Made by a program: the position numbers and the translations under genes. Shown piece after piece: positions 28,150 through 44,361 of a stretch of 64,000 nucleotides of DNA. Source of the stretch: Eledone cirrhosa (Eukaryota); assembly GCA_964016885.1 (NCBI GenBank), contig OZ024742.1:82832001-82896000 (forward strand), in the 5' to 3' direction. The notes beneath the pieces were generated by a model. It searched no databases and was not told the DNA's origin. It was given only the letters and a program-made list of their open reading frames with translations. Positions within the stretch are counted from its first letter, which is position 1; the number at the start of each line of letters is the position of its first letter.

Positions 28150-29300
28150 AAGAAGAAGAAATGTACAATATAAATGGCAATAAATCCGACGAACAAAACA
28201 TACAACATAGATCCAACATTCTTACCTTTAAAAAACAGGATCTACTTTCAACTGTACAGATTACCAAACAGAAGCAAATTTCACCATAGCTGGGATAAAA
28301 CATTACATGATGCTAAAACACTATACTAAGAGAGGTTTACAATTCCAGAGTAAACTCGCAGAGGGCCTACATAAACTCATATAACGCACCAAGAATGGAG
28401 ATATCACGTGCTTCCCCACATACAAGTCTGGCAGAATGTCGATAAATAGCCTGCCAAATTATATCCATGCAATGCATCCCCTCACCATCAACACGAGAGA
28501 AAAATACAGCAAGCTCATGGGGAGAGGGATTCTGTGTTTGAAGAGAAATGTGCCCTACTTGTTCAATTCCAGAGAGATAAAGAAACATGAACAGCACTTC
28601 ATCCAACGTATGCAGGTCTCTGGTTAAAACGGTGTACAAAGGGGTACAGAGATGCCATGGCTGAATTTAAATCTATTACGGAGATTATGAATGGATTTGC
28701 CCACTGTAGAGGAGCAAATCTAGGAATAGCATATAGGGAAGGACAGCTCATGTTTTGACAGACAAAAGTACCAGAGTGTATGTCCATCGAATCTACAGCT
28801 AGAAGAAAACTAGCTTATCGCTGTAGACAAAATGAATCTAAGGAGTAAAGTAGGAGAAAATCCAGGAGTTCCAATAAAATCCCGGATCAGTAGGACAAAC
28901 CCCTGTAGGAAAGCAACTTACATGGATAGAAAATGTATAGTCTATATGGTAAATTGCAAAACTAGAAATGTAGACATTGCGATACAGAAGGACGGTGCAG
29001 GAAGAAATCAGCGACATAAAAAGTCAGTAACATTGGAGAGAGATTAAAGCACATTGTTGAGGAGTTAATATGTAGAATAAATTCTAAACCAGCACGCCAA
29101 ACTGGACCACGAGGGTTGAATAGATAACATAGAAATAAGATCCTATGCATACATAGAACCTGAGGTTACACATATAATCGAAAATTTACCTCGTGTGAAT
29201 AGAAAAATAAGAGTGGAAAAAGTAACAGTCCATAATTGAAGTCAGAATACGGTAAACAAAAGTAGGGAAAGATACAAACCACCACACAGGCAAAAAAACG
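28150..29300 (+). pseudogene. Heavily decayed PLE (RT C-term, linker, GIY-YIG), same clade as ORF 33299-33928
   Basis: NLRSKVGENPGVPIKSRISRTNPCRKATYMDRKCIVYMVNC aligns by eye with KLNIKIVERPGTSVKTLISKTYPFQRPSCIDKKC..VVYSIRC; also CPL*RSK and KYQSV. Confidence 0.7.
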
Positions 29301-29617
29301 CACAATAGAAATGACAAACAAAACGACACGCACTCTGGCGAAGGGACAGGCGCAGGCACAAATCATGTATAATGAACCCCAAAATAAACGACAAGATTTA
29401 GTAACATTTTAGACCAAAAAGAGGAGGAACCAAAGAGAACAGATAATCGTTCGGTGGCGGTGGTGGTGGTGGGGTGCTTGGGGTGGTGATACAGAATATG
29501 TGAGGAAATAACCAATAATCTAGTAATAAAAATAAAGAGGAAAAATGAAAATCATAAAGTGCGAGTATTTTTTATTGGCAATCCCTGCAACAAGACCATA
29601 CCCGAAGATAACGATAG

Positions 29618-29692
<75 letters not shown>

Positions 29693-30713
29693 AAGCGAGA
29701 GAGCGAGAGGTAGAGAGAGAGAGAGAGAGAGAAAAGGAGTGAAAGAGAGAGGGAGAGAGTGATGTTATTGAGAAAGATATCGTTCTATGATTTTTCTTTA
29801 TTATTGCACAATCATTTTCATCAGAAATAAATAAATCAAATGATTAAAAAAAAATACGCATTTATGGCGATCGTAGTAATGATGAAAACAACAACAGCAA
29901 CAACGACAATAACAATAACAACAACAACAACAAGAGTAGCAGCAGCAACAACATTAATAATAAAATAGTAATAATAATAATAATGATAATGATAATGCTT
30001 GAGAGCAGTTGTTATCCATGTAAAATCCCGATTAAGTTGAAAGTGTCGAAGCATGAGTAGCGAAATATAGATTAAGAAATGAATCTAGATTAAGATCTTC
30101 AAAGCAGCACACGTAAGTTGCAATAAGAAGATAAGCTAATTTCCAACAAATACCTTGATGGAATATAGTACTGAAATCGTAAAAGCAATCATTGAAAATT
30201 CTCAAATGAGATCAAAAGCAAAAATTGCGTACAGATAAAATATGCCGAGCGTAGGGTTAGGTAATATAAGAGTGGAAGTGGAAAGAAAAAAATGAAAGAC
30301 GAATGAGATAGAATGACTTCAATGTAACTTTGCTATTTCTTTTGCTCAATTTTTCAAAAGGGCAGCAGAATTTAATAGGGCTTTATTCTTGTAGCAGGAG
30401 TAAAATTGATATGGCTCACAAACAAACTAACACAAGTATAAACATTGTGTCAGACACGTACATACTGTCACATACACTATATCTCCCATGGTGTATACAC
30501 ACACAAACACACGCAAACAAACTCAAACACACACACACACGCATACACACATGCACACGTTTTCCCGGGTAACTTCATAAACAGAGAGGTAGAGAGAGAG
30601 AGTAAGATAGAGAGAAAGGGACAGTGGTTCTGCGGGAGTAGATTGAAAGAGAGACATAGAGAGAGGGAGAGGCAGAATGTAAGAGAGAGAGCGAGAGAGA
30701 GCTAGTGGTGTTG

Positions 30714-30755
<42 letters not shown>

Positions 30756-30768
30756 GAGTGTATGTATG

Positions 30769-30834
<66 letters not shown>

Positions 30835-31062
30835 TATGATCAGTGTATATCGATCATAGACACCCACATATATATATATATATATATACACACATACATG
30901 CATATATATATATGTTTACACACACACATTTATATATATAAATACACACACGTATATATATGGGTCTTCCTTTCACATTATATACATGTATGTGTATATT
31001 TTAATTATCTAAAAATTATTTATAAGTGAACATGATTTTAAAAAAATATATTTTGAACTGAA

Positions 31063-31093
31063 CGTGACCCAACGGGTCACGGGTGGTGGTCTA

Positions 31094-31094
<1 letters not shown>
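31063..31094 (+). mobile_element. Helitron-type 3' terminus
   Basis: GC-rich hairpin CGTGACCC-AAC-GGGTCACG, ~9 nt spacer, then CTAG|T; GGTGGTCTAGT repeated at 31178-31188. Confidence 0.7.
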
Positions 31095-31179
<85 letters not shown>

Positions 31180-31241
31180 TGGTCTAGTATATATATGTAA
31201 TTTTATTATTATTACTATATATATATATATATATATATACA

Positions 31242-31465
31242 CAGTGGCGTACTGGGTCTAAAAATATTGGTTGCCAGATGAAGGGGGCCCACCTACATAT
31301 AGAATACTATCATTTAATTTTTATAATGAATAAATAACATTTTCGAAAAGTACATCAGTAAAAACAAAACAGTGCAATGAGATTTTTTGCGGAAGAATAT
31401 CTTACCTTCTCCAATAAAAATTATTATGTATTTTGCGAAATCCAGAGACTTTCAATAATGACCTG
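31242..31465 (+). mobile_element. Left end of a non-autonomous TIR DNA transposon (copy 1)
   Basis: Starts CAGTGGCGTACTGG after (TA)n; ~220 bp similar to 32336-32552; complementary to CCAGTTCGCCACTG at 34962-34975. Confidence 0.65.
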
Positions 31466-31483
31466 AAGTCGACCCTAAATATT

Positions 31484-31674
31484 AATAATTGTTTCTACTT
31501 TTGGCACAATGCCAGCAATTAATCCAGTGAATTACTGGTACTTTGTTTTATCGACCCCGGAAGGATGAAAGGCAAAGTTAACCTTGGCGGGATTTGAACT
31601 CAGACCATAAAGGGACGTAACTGTGCTGCAAAGCATGACGTCCGACACTGCCGATACTGCCAATCCACCGCCCT
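31484..31674 (-). mobile_element. tRNA-derived SINE with Meta/MESC-like central domain
   Basis: Minus strand: GGGCGGTGGATTGGCAGTATCGG...GAGTTCAAATCCC...GCCTTTCATCCTTCCGGGGTCGATAAAAC; domain name from memory. Confidence 0.8.
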
Positions 31675-32582
31675 CTCTCGGAAAGGCATTAACGACACCA
31701 CACCTTTTTAACTTTGATTTTGAAAGTAAGTTTATAATTATCAATTTTCATGATAGTGTTGTAACTGTTTCTCTGGCCTACTTGGAGGAATCATAGACGG
31801 TGGTGATCCACGTCAGAAGATCGATCCTAGTCGGTAGTAGGTTTTCCAGTAAACCTTTCTGGGTTTTTTTTCTATTGCCTGTAAAATAAACACTGAAAAA
31901 GGATGCATGTCTTTTTTGACCAGGATTGAACCCAAGCCAATGATCTCCACCGTCTATAGTACCTAGCGCTAGGCGACAGAGACAACTACGAAAATCTTAT
32001 GAAAATTCATACTTTTAAACGTACTTTCAAAATTTTCAAAACAAAGTGTTGTGGTGTCGTTCATGTCTTTTTAATGTTATTGTTCCTACTTAAGGTCGAC
32101 TTCTAAATCATTTGGGTGTTCCATAAACTACATCCTCGTTTTCTTTCTCATCTATCTAGACTATATCTGAACCTCTAATTCATGTTTCATTTCTATTCCA
32201 CCTCATTTCTACCCCCCCTCCTCTGTGATATTTGAATCTACTATGATTTGGGCTTACCTTGTTCCTCTATATATGTTTATGCATGTCAGTTAGATTCAAA
32301 CTTACAATGATTGGCATTATATATAGATATATATACAGTTGCGGACTAGCTCTAAAAATAATTGGCTGTGAGATGAAGGGGCCCCATATACATATAGAAT
32401 CATTTAATTTTTATAATGAATAAATAACATTTTCAAAAAATACATAAGTGGAAAGAAAACAGTGCACTCAAATTTTTGCGGAAAAATATCTTACATTCTC
32501 CAATAAAAAAATATGTTTTTTGCGAAATCCAAAGACTTTCAATAATGACCTTTGGGCTTTCACACTCACTCAATATATATAT

Positions 32583-32632
<50 letters not shown>

Positions 32633-32852
32633 CGTTTCTGAATTTGTTTAGCAAGATTCTTTATCTGAAATCGTGTGTTGAAACCGATATTGTTATACTT
32701 TGGGAGGGTCATGTTGCCAATAAGAAACACACGCACCAGTTGCTTTCACTTCAATTTATTATATATTTATAAATTTATAAATTTACAAATCTACAAACTT
32801 ATAAATTTCTGGTTGGTTGGTTGGTTCCACAACCAGATAGTTGTTTATATAT

Positions 32853-32897
32853 AGTCATAGTCCTTTCGTCACACACTCTGTGACCTCTTCAGTGACT
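32853..32897 (-). ncRNA. Minimal type I hammerhead ribozyme
   Basis: AGUCA / CUGAAGA / G-GUCACA-GAGUG-UGUGAC / GAAA / GGAC / UA / UGACU. Confidence 0.8.
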
Positions 32898-33298
32898 GGG
32901 GATTCCTTTCTTTGTTTCTGTGCCTTTCCGTTCTTCTGTCCTACGCCATTTTGTTTCTGTGTGTGTGTTGTGTGCTCAGTTTGCGCATGCGCCACATCCG
33001 GGTGTCTGTGTGTGTTTGTGTTCATTTATCTATTTGTTTATTTATTTATGTATTTATTTACATGTTGTTGGTTGGTTGTTTCTTCTATGTGTGTGTGTGT
33101 TTTCATTTTGTCCTTAATTGTAAGTTGTGATGTTGCTGTTCCACTCATATTTTCTATTTAATTTTGGTTGTAATTATTTCATGCTTACTGCCTCTGTAAT
33201 TTGCCTAAACATTGCATCTTTTCTGTATATAAAAAATATATATAAAATATATATATAAAAAAAAAAAAATAAATAATGACATAAATGGGACCTGCCCC

Positions 33299-33928
33299 TT
33301 GTATAGGAGCAAATTTTGGAATAGAATAGAAAGAACTAGGAACAAGGCCAATAGAATAAACTCATGGTATGATAGCAATAAATACCAGAGTGTAATGTTC
33401 ATCAATACAACCCCTAGAGGCGAACTAGCCTACAAATTTAGAAGGCCCCTAAATAAACATAAACTCAATATTAAGATAGTAGAAAGACCAGGTACCTCCG
33501 TAAAAACACTTATTAGCAAGACATACCCGTTCCAAAGACCCTCATGTATAGATAAGAAATGTATAACCTGTAAAATAAGCCCCCATATTAACTGTAAAAC
33601 TAGAAATGTCGTGTATAGCATAAGATGTACTGAAGGACAATGTAGAAACAAAAATATAGTGTACATAGGTCAGACAGCTCGTAGTATAGGGGAACGAATA
33701 AATGAACACTGGCGAGACCTTCAAGATAATAAAGAATCATCTGTGCTCTACCAACATGCTAAGATAGAACACAAGAGTAAATTAGAGAACATAGAAATAA
33801 AAATAGAATCCACACACAGAAAAGATGCAATGTTTAGGCAAATTACAGAGGCAGTAAGCATGAAAGAATTACAACCAAAATTAAATAGAAAATATGAGTG
33901 GAACAGCAACATCACAACTTACAATTAA
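33299..33928 (+). CDS. PLE polyprotein C-terminal part: linker with Cys motif plus GIY-YIG endonuclease (5'-truncated, uninterrupted)
   Basis: CITC...NCKTRNVVYSIRC...IVYIGQT-RS-ER-EH...RQITEA...LNRKYEW; the frame continues upstream of the listed start (NGTCPLYR). Confidence 0.9.
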   Translation: MYRSKFWNRIERTRNKANRINSWYDSNKYQSVMFINTTPRGELAYKFRRPLNKHKLNIKIVERPGTSVKTLISKTYPFQRPSCIDKKCITCKISPHINCKTRNVVYSIRCTEGQCRNKNIVYIGQTARSIGERINEHWRDLQDNKESSVLYQHAKIEHKSKLENIEIKIESTHRKDAMFRQITEAVSMKELQPKLNRKYEWNSNITTYN

Positions 33929-34140
33929 GGACAAAATGAAAACACACACACACATAGAAGAAACAACCAACCAACAACATGTAAATAAATAAATAAATAA
34001 ACAAATAGATAAATGAACACAAACACACACAGACACCCGGATGTGGCGCTTGCGCAAACTGAGCACACAACACACACACAGAAACAAAATGGCGTAGGAC
34101 AGAAGAAAGGAAAGGCACAGAAACAAAGAAAGGAATCCCC

Positions 34141-34185
34141 AGTCACTGAAGAGGTCACAGAGTGTGTGAGGAAAGGACTATGACT
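34141..34185 (+). ncRNA. Minimal type I hammerhead ribozyme (one stem II mismatch)
   Basis: AGUCA CUGAAGA GGUCACAGAGUGUGUGAG GAAA GGAC UA UGACU, ~210 nt after the GIY-YIG stop. Confidence 0.75.
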
Positions 34186-34337
34186 ATATATAAACAACTA
34201 TCTGGTTGTGGAACCAACCAACCAGAAATTTATAAGTTTGTAGATTTGTAAATTTATAAATTTTTAAATATATAATAAATTGAAGTGAAACAACTGGTGC
34301 GTGTGTTTCTTATTGGCAACATGACCCTCCCAAAGTA

Positions 34338-34433
<96 letters not shown>

Positions 34434-34686
34434 GGTGTGTGTATGTGTGTGTGTGTCTATATATGTATGTTTGCATGCATGAATGAATACACTAAACTTT
34501 AGACTTAGTAGAATGTACAACAATTGATTCCAGCTATTCGCACTATCGTATACTTTGGTTTCTAGTAATTCCCCGGGGAATAGGTTGACCAAATGCTTTG
34601 CTTAATTGTTTTTTTTTATCTTTTTTTAATTTTATTCTTTCTCTTAGATATCAAATATTTTTTGAAAGCGAAGCATTGGCCTCTAA

Positions 34687-34881
34687 AATAATTGTTTCTA
34701 CTTTTGGCACGAATCCAGCAATTATAGCAGTGTATTACTGGTACTTTATTTTATCGGCCCCGTAAGGATGAAAGGCAAAGTTAACCTCGACGGGATTTGA
34801 ACTCAGACCATAAAGAGCCGTAACTATTTGCTGCAAAGCATGGCGGCCAACCCTCTACTGCTATTGCCAATCCATCGCCCT
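34687..34881 (-). mobile_element. tRNA-derived SINE (Meta/MESC-like family)
   Basis: Same sequence as 31484-31674. Confidence 0.8.
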
Positions 34882-34972
34882 AAAATAATACAGTGAGCAC
34901 TTGCAATGCTTACCGTGGGCCCCCTGAGTCCCACTTGCCATTGGGCAACCTGGCAACCTGACCAGTTCGCCA

Positions 34973-35021
<49 letters not shown>

Positions 35022-35396
35022 TGTATATATGTTTGTATGCGATAAGTAATCGGAAACAAGTAAGCAAACGATACAGTATGATGTAGAAATATATTAGTTT
35101 AACACTTGATATAATAACAAAAGACATTTTAAGTTTAGGACGCTTGTCCTTCATTTGGAGATGAGAAAAACAAATGAAATGGAGGTACAGAGAATATATA
35201 GATGAAGGAACGCAAACAATTTTGCGTGAGGAAAAGCATGTTGGTACAGTCAAACATTTTGGGATAATAGTAGTCAGTTGTTATCTTATATATTTAGAAG
35301 GGAGATAACCCTTGTATATTTTGAGTGGAAATTTGTGTGTAAATGCGTGTTTAGAGATATATTTATGTTTGTGAAATACTGCGTACACACACATAC

Positions 35397-35427
<31 letters not shown>

Positions 35428-35439
35428 CATAAATGCAGA

Positions 35440-38700
<3,261 letters not shown>

Positions 38701-39742
38701 TTCAGTGTTGTCTACCTCTGGTTGTAGGATCCGTACCGTAGATAGAACTCAATGTAATCCGATGGCGAGTAATCCAGTGAAATCCATAGAGAAGTACTGT
38801 GTTCCGCTGAGTTAATTCTTTAGATACAGTCATATATTAGGTATTAAATTAACAATGAAAATAAAAACAACAAAGTCAAGTTACTTTACCTATTCATATC
38901 GTTGTTTTGCGTTCGTATCGGAGAGTCGATGATATTGACATAATGTCTGAACTATAGGAGTTATATTACTGTATACTTTGAGACCTCATATATAGGGTCG
39001 ATCAGACCACCGTCTCCTTCGAAAACAATTTAGTTAGAATCTTTATTGGTTGTATATAAACAAAACAGATATAAAAATAGATATACCATATAAATACATG
39101 TTCAACATTGCCCCTTAGACCGATATTATCTGTGGGAGAAGAATAGTAGGATTCCATGCACAAATGTCATATAAGATCGCTAGGTCGGTGAATAGCAGTG
39201 CAAAGACAATGAATAAGAAGATGAATAGAAGAATAGATAGGAAGAGATGGAAGAGGTGGTAATAGCAGAGGTAAAGTATAAGATGAAGATGAAGATGATG
39301 AAGAAGTAGAAGAATGGGAAGAAGAGGAGGAAGAAGGAAAATACATAGAAGAAGGAGAGGTACAGAAGAAAGAGGAGACATAGAGGGAGTATGTATAGAG
39401 GAAAAAGAGAGCTAAGAAGATCATCATTGTATAGGTTAACTTTCATCCTTACAGGGTCGATAAAATAAAGTACCAGTAATGTACTGGGTAATTTCTGGCC
39501 TTGTGCCAAAAGTAGAAACAATTATTATATAGGTATAATAAATCTTCAATGAGAAGATCCCTTAATAGATGGATGTTAAGTACCAGGTTGATAATTAGTA
39601 AAGAATAAAAAATAAAAAAAGTAAAATAGACTAAGCTAATACAATAGACTTTCATTTGGGTCTTCTTTTCGGTATAGTGAAAACATTTGGTTAGTGGAAA
39701 AACTTGTAATTGCTGTATTGTTAACCTGAGAAATAGGTAATT

Positions 39743-39937
39743 AATAATTGTTTCTACGTTAGGCACAAGGCCAGCAATTACCCAGTGCATTACTGGTACT
39801 TTATTTTATCGACCCCGTAAGGATGAAAGGCAAAGTTAACCTTGGCGGGATTTGAACTCAGAATGGCAAGGGCCGTAACTCTATACGTCAAAGCATGGCG
39901 TCCGACCCTCTACCGATACTGCCAATTCACCACCCTT
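39743..39937 (-). mobile_element. Full-length tRNA-derived SINE with target-site duplication
   Basis: Family sequence; AATAGGTAATTAATAAT duplicated at 39732-39748 and 39938-39954. Confidence 0.85.
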
Positions 39938-39980
39938 AATAGGTAATTAATAATATCTAACAATAAATAATCAATAATAT

Positions 39981-40164
39981 ATTATTTTTCAACATTTGGC
40001 ACAAGCCCAGCAATTATCCCATGTGATTTAATTGTACTTTATTTTATCGACCATGTAAGGTTGAAAAGCTAAGTTAACTTCCGCGGGACTTGGGCTAAGA
40101 TCGTAAAGGGTCGTAACTCTATGCTGCAAAGCATGGCGGCCGACCCTCTACCGATACTGCCAAT
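39981..40164 (-). mobile_element. Adjacent SINE copy (same family)
   Basis: TTGGCACAAGCCCAGCAATT...TTTTATCGACC...CCGACCCTCTACCGATACTGCCAAT. Confidence 0.8.
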
Positions 40165-40250
40165 AATAGCTAATTTGGAAGGCGTAACTTGCGTCCCACA
40201 CAGGGTTAAATGTGTATATACAAATACATAGACAACACATACACTCACAG

Positions 40251-40291
<41 letters not shown>

Positions 40292-40404
40292 CTTACACAT
40301 AGACATATATACGTATATATATATATATATATATATATAGATATATATATATATATATATACGTATATATGTCTATGTGTATGTATGTATATATATATGA
40401 CCAT

Positions 40405-40695
40405 AGGTTATTCACGTAGATAGATCCCTTTTGAGGCATAAGTCCGGGCAAGTGTGTTTTTGGAAGACCTGCACGTACCAGTCTTTCCTCTCCATGCCAA
40501 CGGTGCTGTCCAAGGGAATAGCAATGGCTGATGCAGCCTGGCACCAGTCACGTTGGCGCTTATTTCTACAGCAGAGTGAAACGGACCAACGCGAAATATT
40601 CTGTCTCTCTCAAGGAAACAACGTTTCACCTTCCCCGAGAATCCAACTCACATCCTCACGATTGCAAGCCTAACGCTCATACGCTGAGCCATGCA
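40405..40695 (-). mobile_element. Second tRNA-derived SINE family (CORE/V-type central domain)
   Basis: Minus strand: GCATGGCTCAGCGTATGAGCG head, GTGAGTTGGATTC B-box-like, then GTTTCCTTGAG...TATTTCGCGTTG...TTCACTCTGCTGTAGAAAT. Confidence 0.6.
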
Positions 40696-40869
40696 TAGAC
40701 ACAAGACACACACAGACACTCACGACACTCATACACTCCTACACATATATATAGGTGTGTGTGTGCGTGCATGCGTGTGTATGCGTGTGTGTATATATAT
40801 ATATGTATGTATATATATTTATGTGTGTGTGTATAAATATAAATATATATATATATAAATACACACACT

Positions 40870-40936
<67 letters not shown>

Positions 40937-41509
40937 AGAGAGAAAGAGCAAGAGGCAGAGAAGGAAAGATATATAAGGAGAGCCTAAAGAGTAAGGAATC
41001 TGTAATTATTTGTAGCACTAACTGGTGATGAAGTGAAAAGATGCTATGCAATTCTGATGAACGTCAGTGGGATTGGTGTGAAATCAGGAAACATATTTTT
41101 CATTGATGAAATATAAAAAATGCATTCAACGACTCCATCAGCACTGATTAATATTTAAAACCTAACTGTGCAAGAAGTATTTGCAATCATACTTTATTTA
41201 TTCCTATATTTGATTTTGTATACTTGTGATTTATATATTTTATTTATTTGGGAAGATGGTTGTCATTTTTTAGGCAAATTCAAATCGATGTGAAAATACG
41301 CCTTCTGCTAAAAGGCGTGAAAGTTTCATCTGCAAAAGTCTTATTACTAAATATACGCAACGTATGATTCCATGTGCCTATGTATTTGTGTGTCTATGTG
41401 TGCCTATGTGTACGTTTTTGTGAAATTACGCAGTTGCGCATATAGAGATATCCATGAAAGTATATATATATATATACTTATATGAAAGTATGCATATATA
41501 TATATAATC

Positions 41510-41579
<70 letters not shown>

Positions 41580-42266
41580 GAGCTTTGGGAGAAGTAGAAA
41601 AATGTAGTGAAGTAGGAAGTGAGAATGTATGAGAGATTAAAGAACATATAGAATGTTCATTTATAAGTGATTATATTGAGTTTCTTGCTGATAATGTTGA
41701 TGCGTTCTAGATACTGTGTATTTTAAAGATTAAAGACATTACGGCATATAGATATTCCGAATGAAAAATCGATAAACGAACCGAAGAATAAATCATTTCT
41801 CAGGCAAAACAACAAACTATATTGCTGGTGTAAAGAATTGAAGCTTATTAGTACTGGAGAGTTACATACGCTGTGTGTATGTCATTCATATCCATATATG
41901 CACATGTCACACGTGCAGATACACACACAATAGAATATATATATATTCATATATGTATATATACATAAATATATATATATATATTAATCACCAATATAGT
42001 ATGCAGGGTAGAGCACTCGATGAAATGAACAGGTGGGTCTCTTTGGTCCGGAATATATTTATGAACAAGAAGTAAAAGTCAAGAGGTTAAAATTAACTAC
42101 ATTTATTGATAGTCGCTGTTATATATATTTCGCTGATAACAGTTATGCAACCTGTGCCTTGAGAAAACAATACCAACATTTTCAGCATGGAACTTATCAA
42201 AGAATCAAAATGACAAAATGAAGCTGTATTCCATCTTCGTGATATTTGTTATCTGTTCAATGTCCA

Positions 42267-42325
42267 GCTGTCTTATGAGGTTATAGCTGTTGTCTAACGG
42301 TTATATCCGAAATTTATATAACACC
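42267..42325 (+). ncRNA. Degenerate hammerhead motif
   Basis: GCUGU / CUUAUGA / GG-UUAUAGCUGUU-GUCU-AACGGUUAUA-UCC / GAAA UUUAUA UA / ACACC. Confidence 0.4.
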
Positions 42326-42372
42326 GACTAGGTGTAAAGTTAAATATAAACTGTTGATTTATACTTCTTGCT

Positions 42373-42403
<31 letters not shown>

Positions 42404-43138
42404 TCAGACGCCCCCCACAGCCACACGCACACGCATACACGCACACGCATACACTCACACGCATACACTCACAGTCATCTATATATATATATATATAGGG
42501 AAAATAGGGATTGAAATATGCAATGATTGGCGTTTTGGTTATTTAGAAAATATGTTTTTATGTGCCAATTATTTTAATGGTTATTTATATATTTTTGTTT
42601 CCATTTACCAATTTCAGCTGCGTTTACAGCATTATCAAATAAAATTTCGCTACAGTATTTCGAAAAATCCTTTACTTTTTTGTTTATCTCGCGTGCTGGT
42701 CACTTGTGTTATTGTTTAACAGAAGAACGTTAAAAGCTCCAACTTCAACCTTTATATCGTCCAGAATATAGTTCATCACAAAAATATAAAAATAATGGAA
42801 AAAGAAAATAGGTCATTCGTTCGATCACTAAATGTTTTTTTCTTTTTTTTTTTTTTGTTCCAATATGATGTGATTGCTTAGGATATAAGGAGAAAGTTGC
42901 AATTAATCATTTCCAAGACTGTTGTGACGCATAGCCTAACTTTCAAAAATGTTTTAGAATAAAACTTGCGAGAGAAAAAATCCAATTCGAACATTCTATA
43001 ATAGACTATTGAAAATTATATTCCAGAATAATACATAATGTTTTCTTGAATTATATCCTCCTGGTATACGACCTTCGGCTGAAGGACAGATACAAAGACT
43101 GAGAAATACGGCTTGCATTAAATTCAACCGTACTTATT

Positions 43139-43331
43139 AATAATTGTTTCTACTTTAGGCACAAGGCCAGTAATTACCCCGTGCATTACTGGTACTTTAT
43201 TTTATCGACCCCGTAAGGATGAAAGGCAAAGTCAACCTCGGCGGAATATGAACTCAGATCGTAAAAGTACGTTACTATGCTGGAAAGCATGGAGTCCGAC
43301 CCTCTACCGATACTGCCAATCCACCGCCCTT
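43139..43331 (-). mobile_element. tRNA-derived SINE (Meta/MESC-like family)
   Basis: Family sequence. Confidence 0.8.
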
Positions 43332-43417
43332 GTAAATAATGCATTGTTTCTTTCTATGGACTATGTTGAAAACAAAATCTCTCTATATTTCTTTAAAATT
43401 AATATGACTTGTCATGA

Positions 43418-43506
<89 letters not shown>

Positions 43507-43602
43507 TAAAAGGTAAACAGAAATAAACAGAAATAACAACACAATCGGTACAGTATATTGGAGGGATATAATAATTTAACGCTTGATATAGCAGGAAGAG
43601 GG

Positions 43603-43638
43603 TCTTAACGTTTCGGACGATAGTCCTTCATCAGAAGA
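43603..43638 (-). ncRNA. Minimal type I hammerhead ribozyme
   Basis: UCUU / CUGAUGA / A-GGAC-UAUC-GUCC / GAAA CG UU / AAGA; palindromic AACGUU stem III. Confidence 0.7.
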
Positions 43639-43878
43639 AAGAATGAGAAATAATATAGATTGAGAGGACAGGCCGGTTGGAATTGTAAAAAATGTCTTTA
43701 GATAAAAATAACAGTTCCATTCACCTTTTACATACATATATATATCAATGCTTACGTGGACACCTCAAAATTCGTTGGATTTTCTAATTGGATTTTCACC
43801 CCGAAATTGGATACGAACCCAGTGTACACCTGAACTTCCACCAGGAAATCTTTTGTATCATTGAAATTTTCTTTGCTT

Positions 43879-43966
<88 letters not shown>

Positions 43967-44186
43967 AAATGTTAAATTATGCTTGAAGCATTGCAGAATA
44001 TGAAAAAAATAGTCGTTTTGGAAGCCTCAACAATGCAGAGGGGTAACTCTCCGGGTATCAAAATCAGGTAGTAGTGAGATGAAGAAGTAGGAAGAAGTGT
44101 AGACAGTGACAAAGAGAGTGGACAAAATTTGACAAAATTATACACCTCAACAACATATGTAACTTGTCTATACCACACTAATTCGG

Positions 44187-44241
44187 ACTGCCTGAAGAGG
44201 TCACAGCCAAAGATGGCTGTCACCGAAATATATATAGCAGT
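44187..44241 (+). ncRNA. Minimal type I hammerhead ribozyme in a PLE-3'-end-like repeat (~44120-44292)
   Basis: ACUGC / CUGAAGA / GGU-C-ACAGCCA-AAGA-UGGCUGU-C-ACC / GAAA / UAUAUA / UA / GCAGU, followed by AATAAA. Confidence 0.8.
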
Positions 44242-44286
44242 AATAAACGAAGTTAAATTTTAAACATTTGACTTTTTATTTTACTT

Positions 44287-44361
<75 letters not shown>

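Larger units (their letters stand above)
32692..34341 (+). mobile_element. Young 5'-truncated Penelope-like element with an inverted ~530-bp 3'-end duplication
   Basis: 32692-33224 is the near-identical reverse complement of 33816-34341; GIY-YIG ORF in the centre; HHR in each arm; ends in (TA)n. Confidence 0.9.
32336..34975 (+). mobile_element. Non-autonomous TIR DNA transposon (CAGTGGCG-type ends) containing a nested PLE and a SINE
   Basis: Left end CAGTTGCGGACTAG (32336), right end CCAGTTCGCCACTG (34975), both flanked by TA. Confidence 0.6.

Noticed and set aside
41052-41095. CTGATGA...GAAA possible hammerhead
   Set aside because: Stem II is mostly G-U pairs, and there is no stem III/UH site or stem I partner after GAAA
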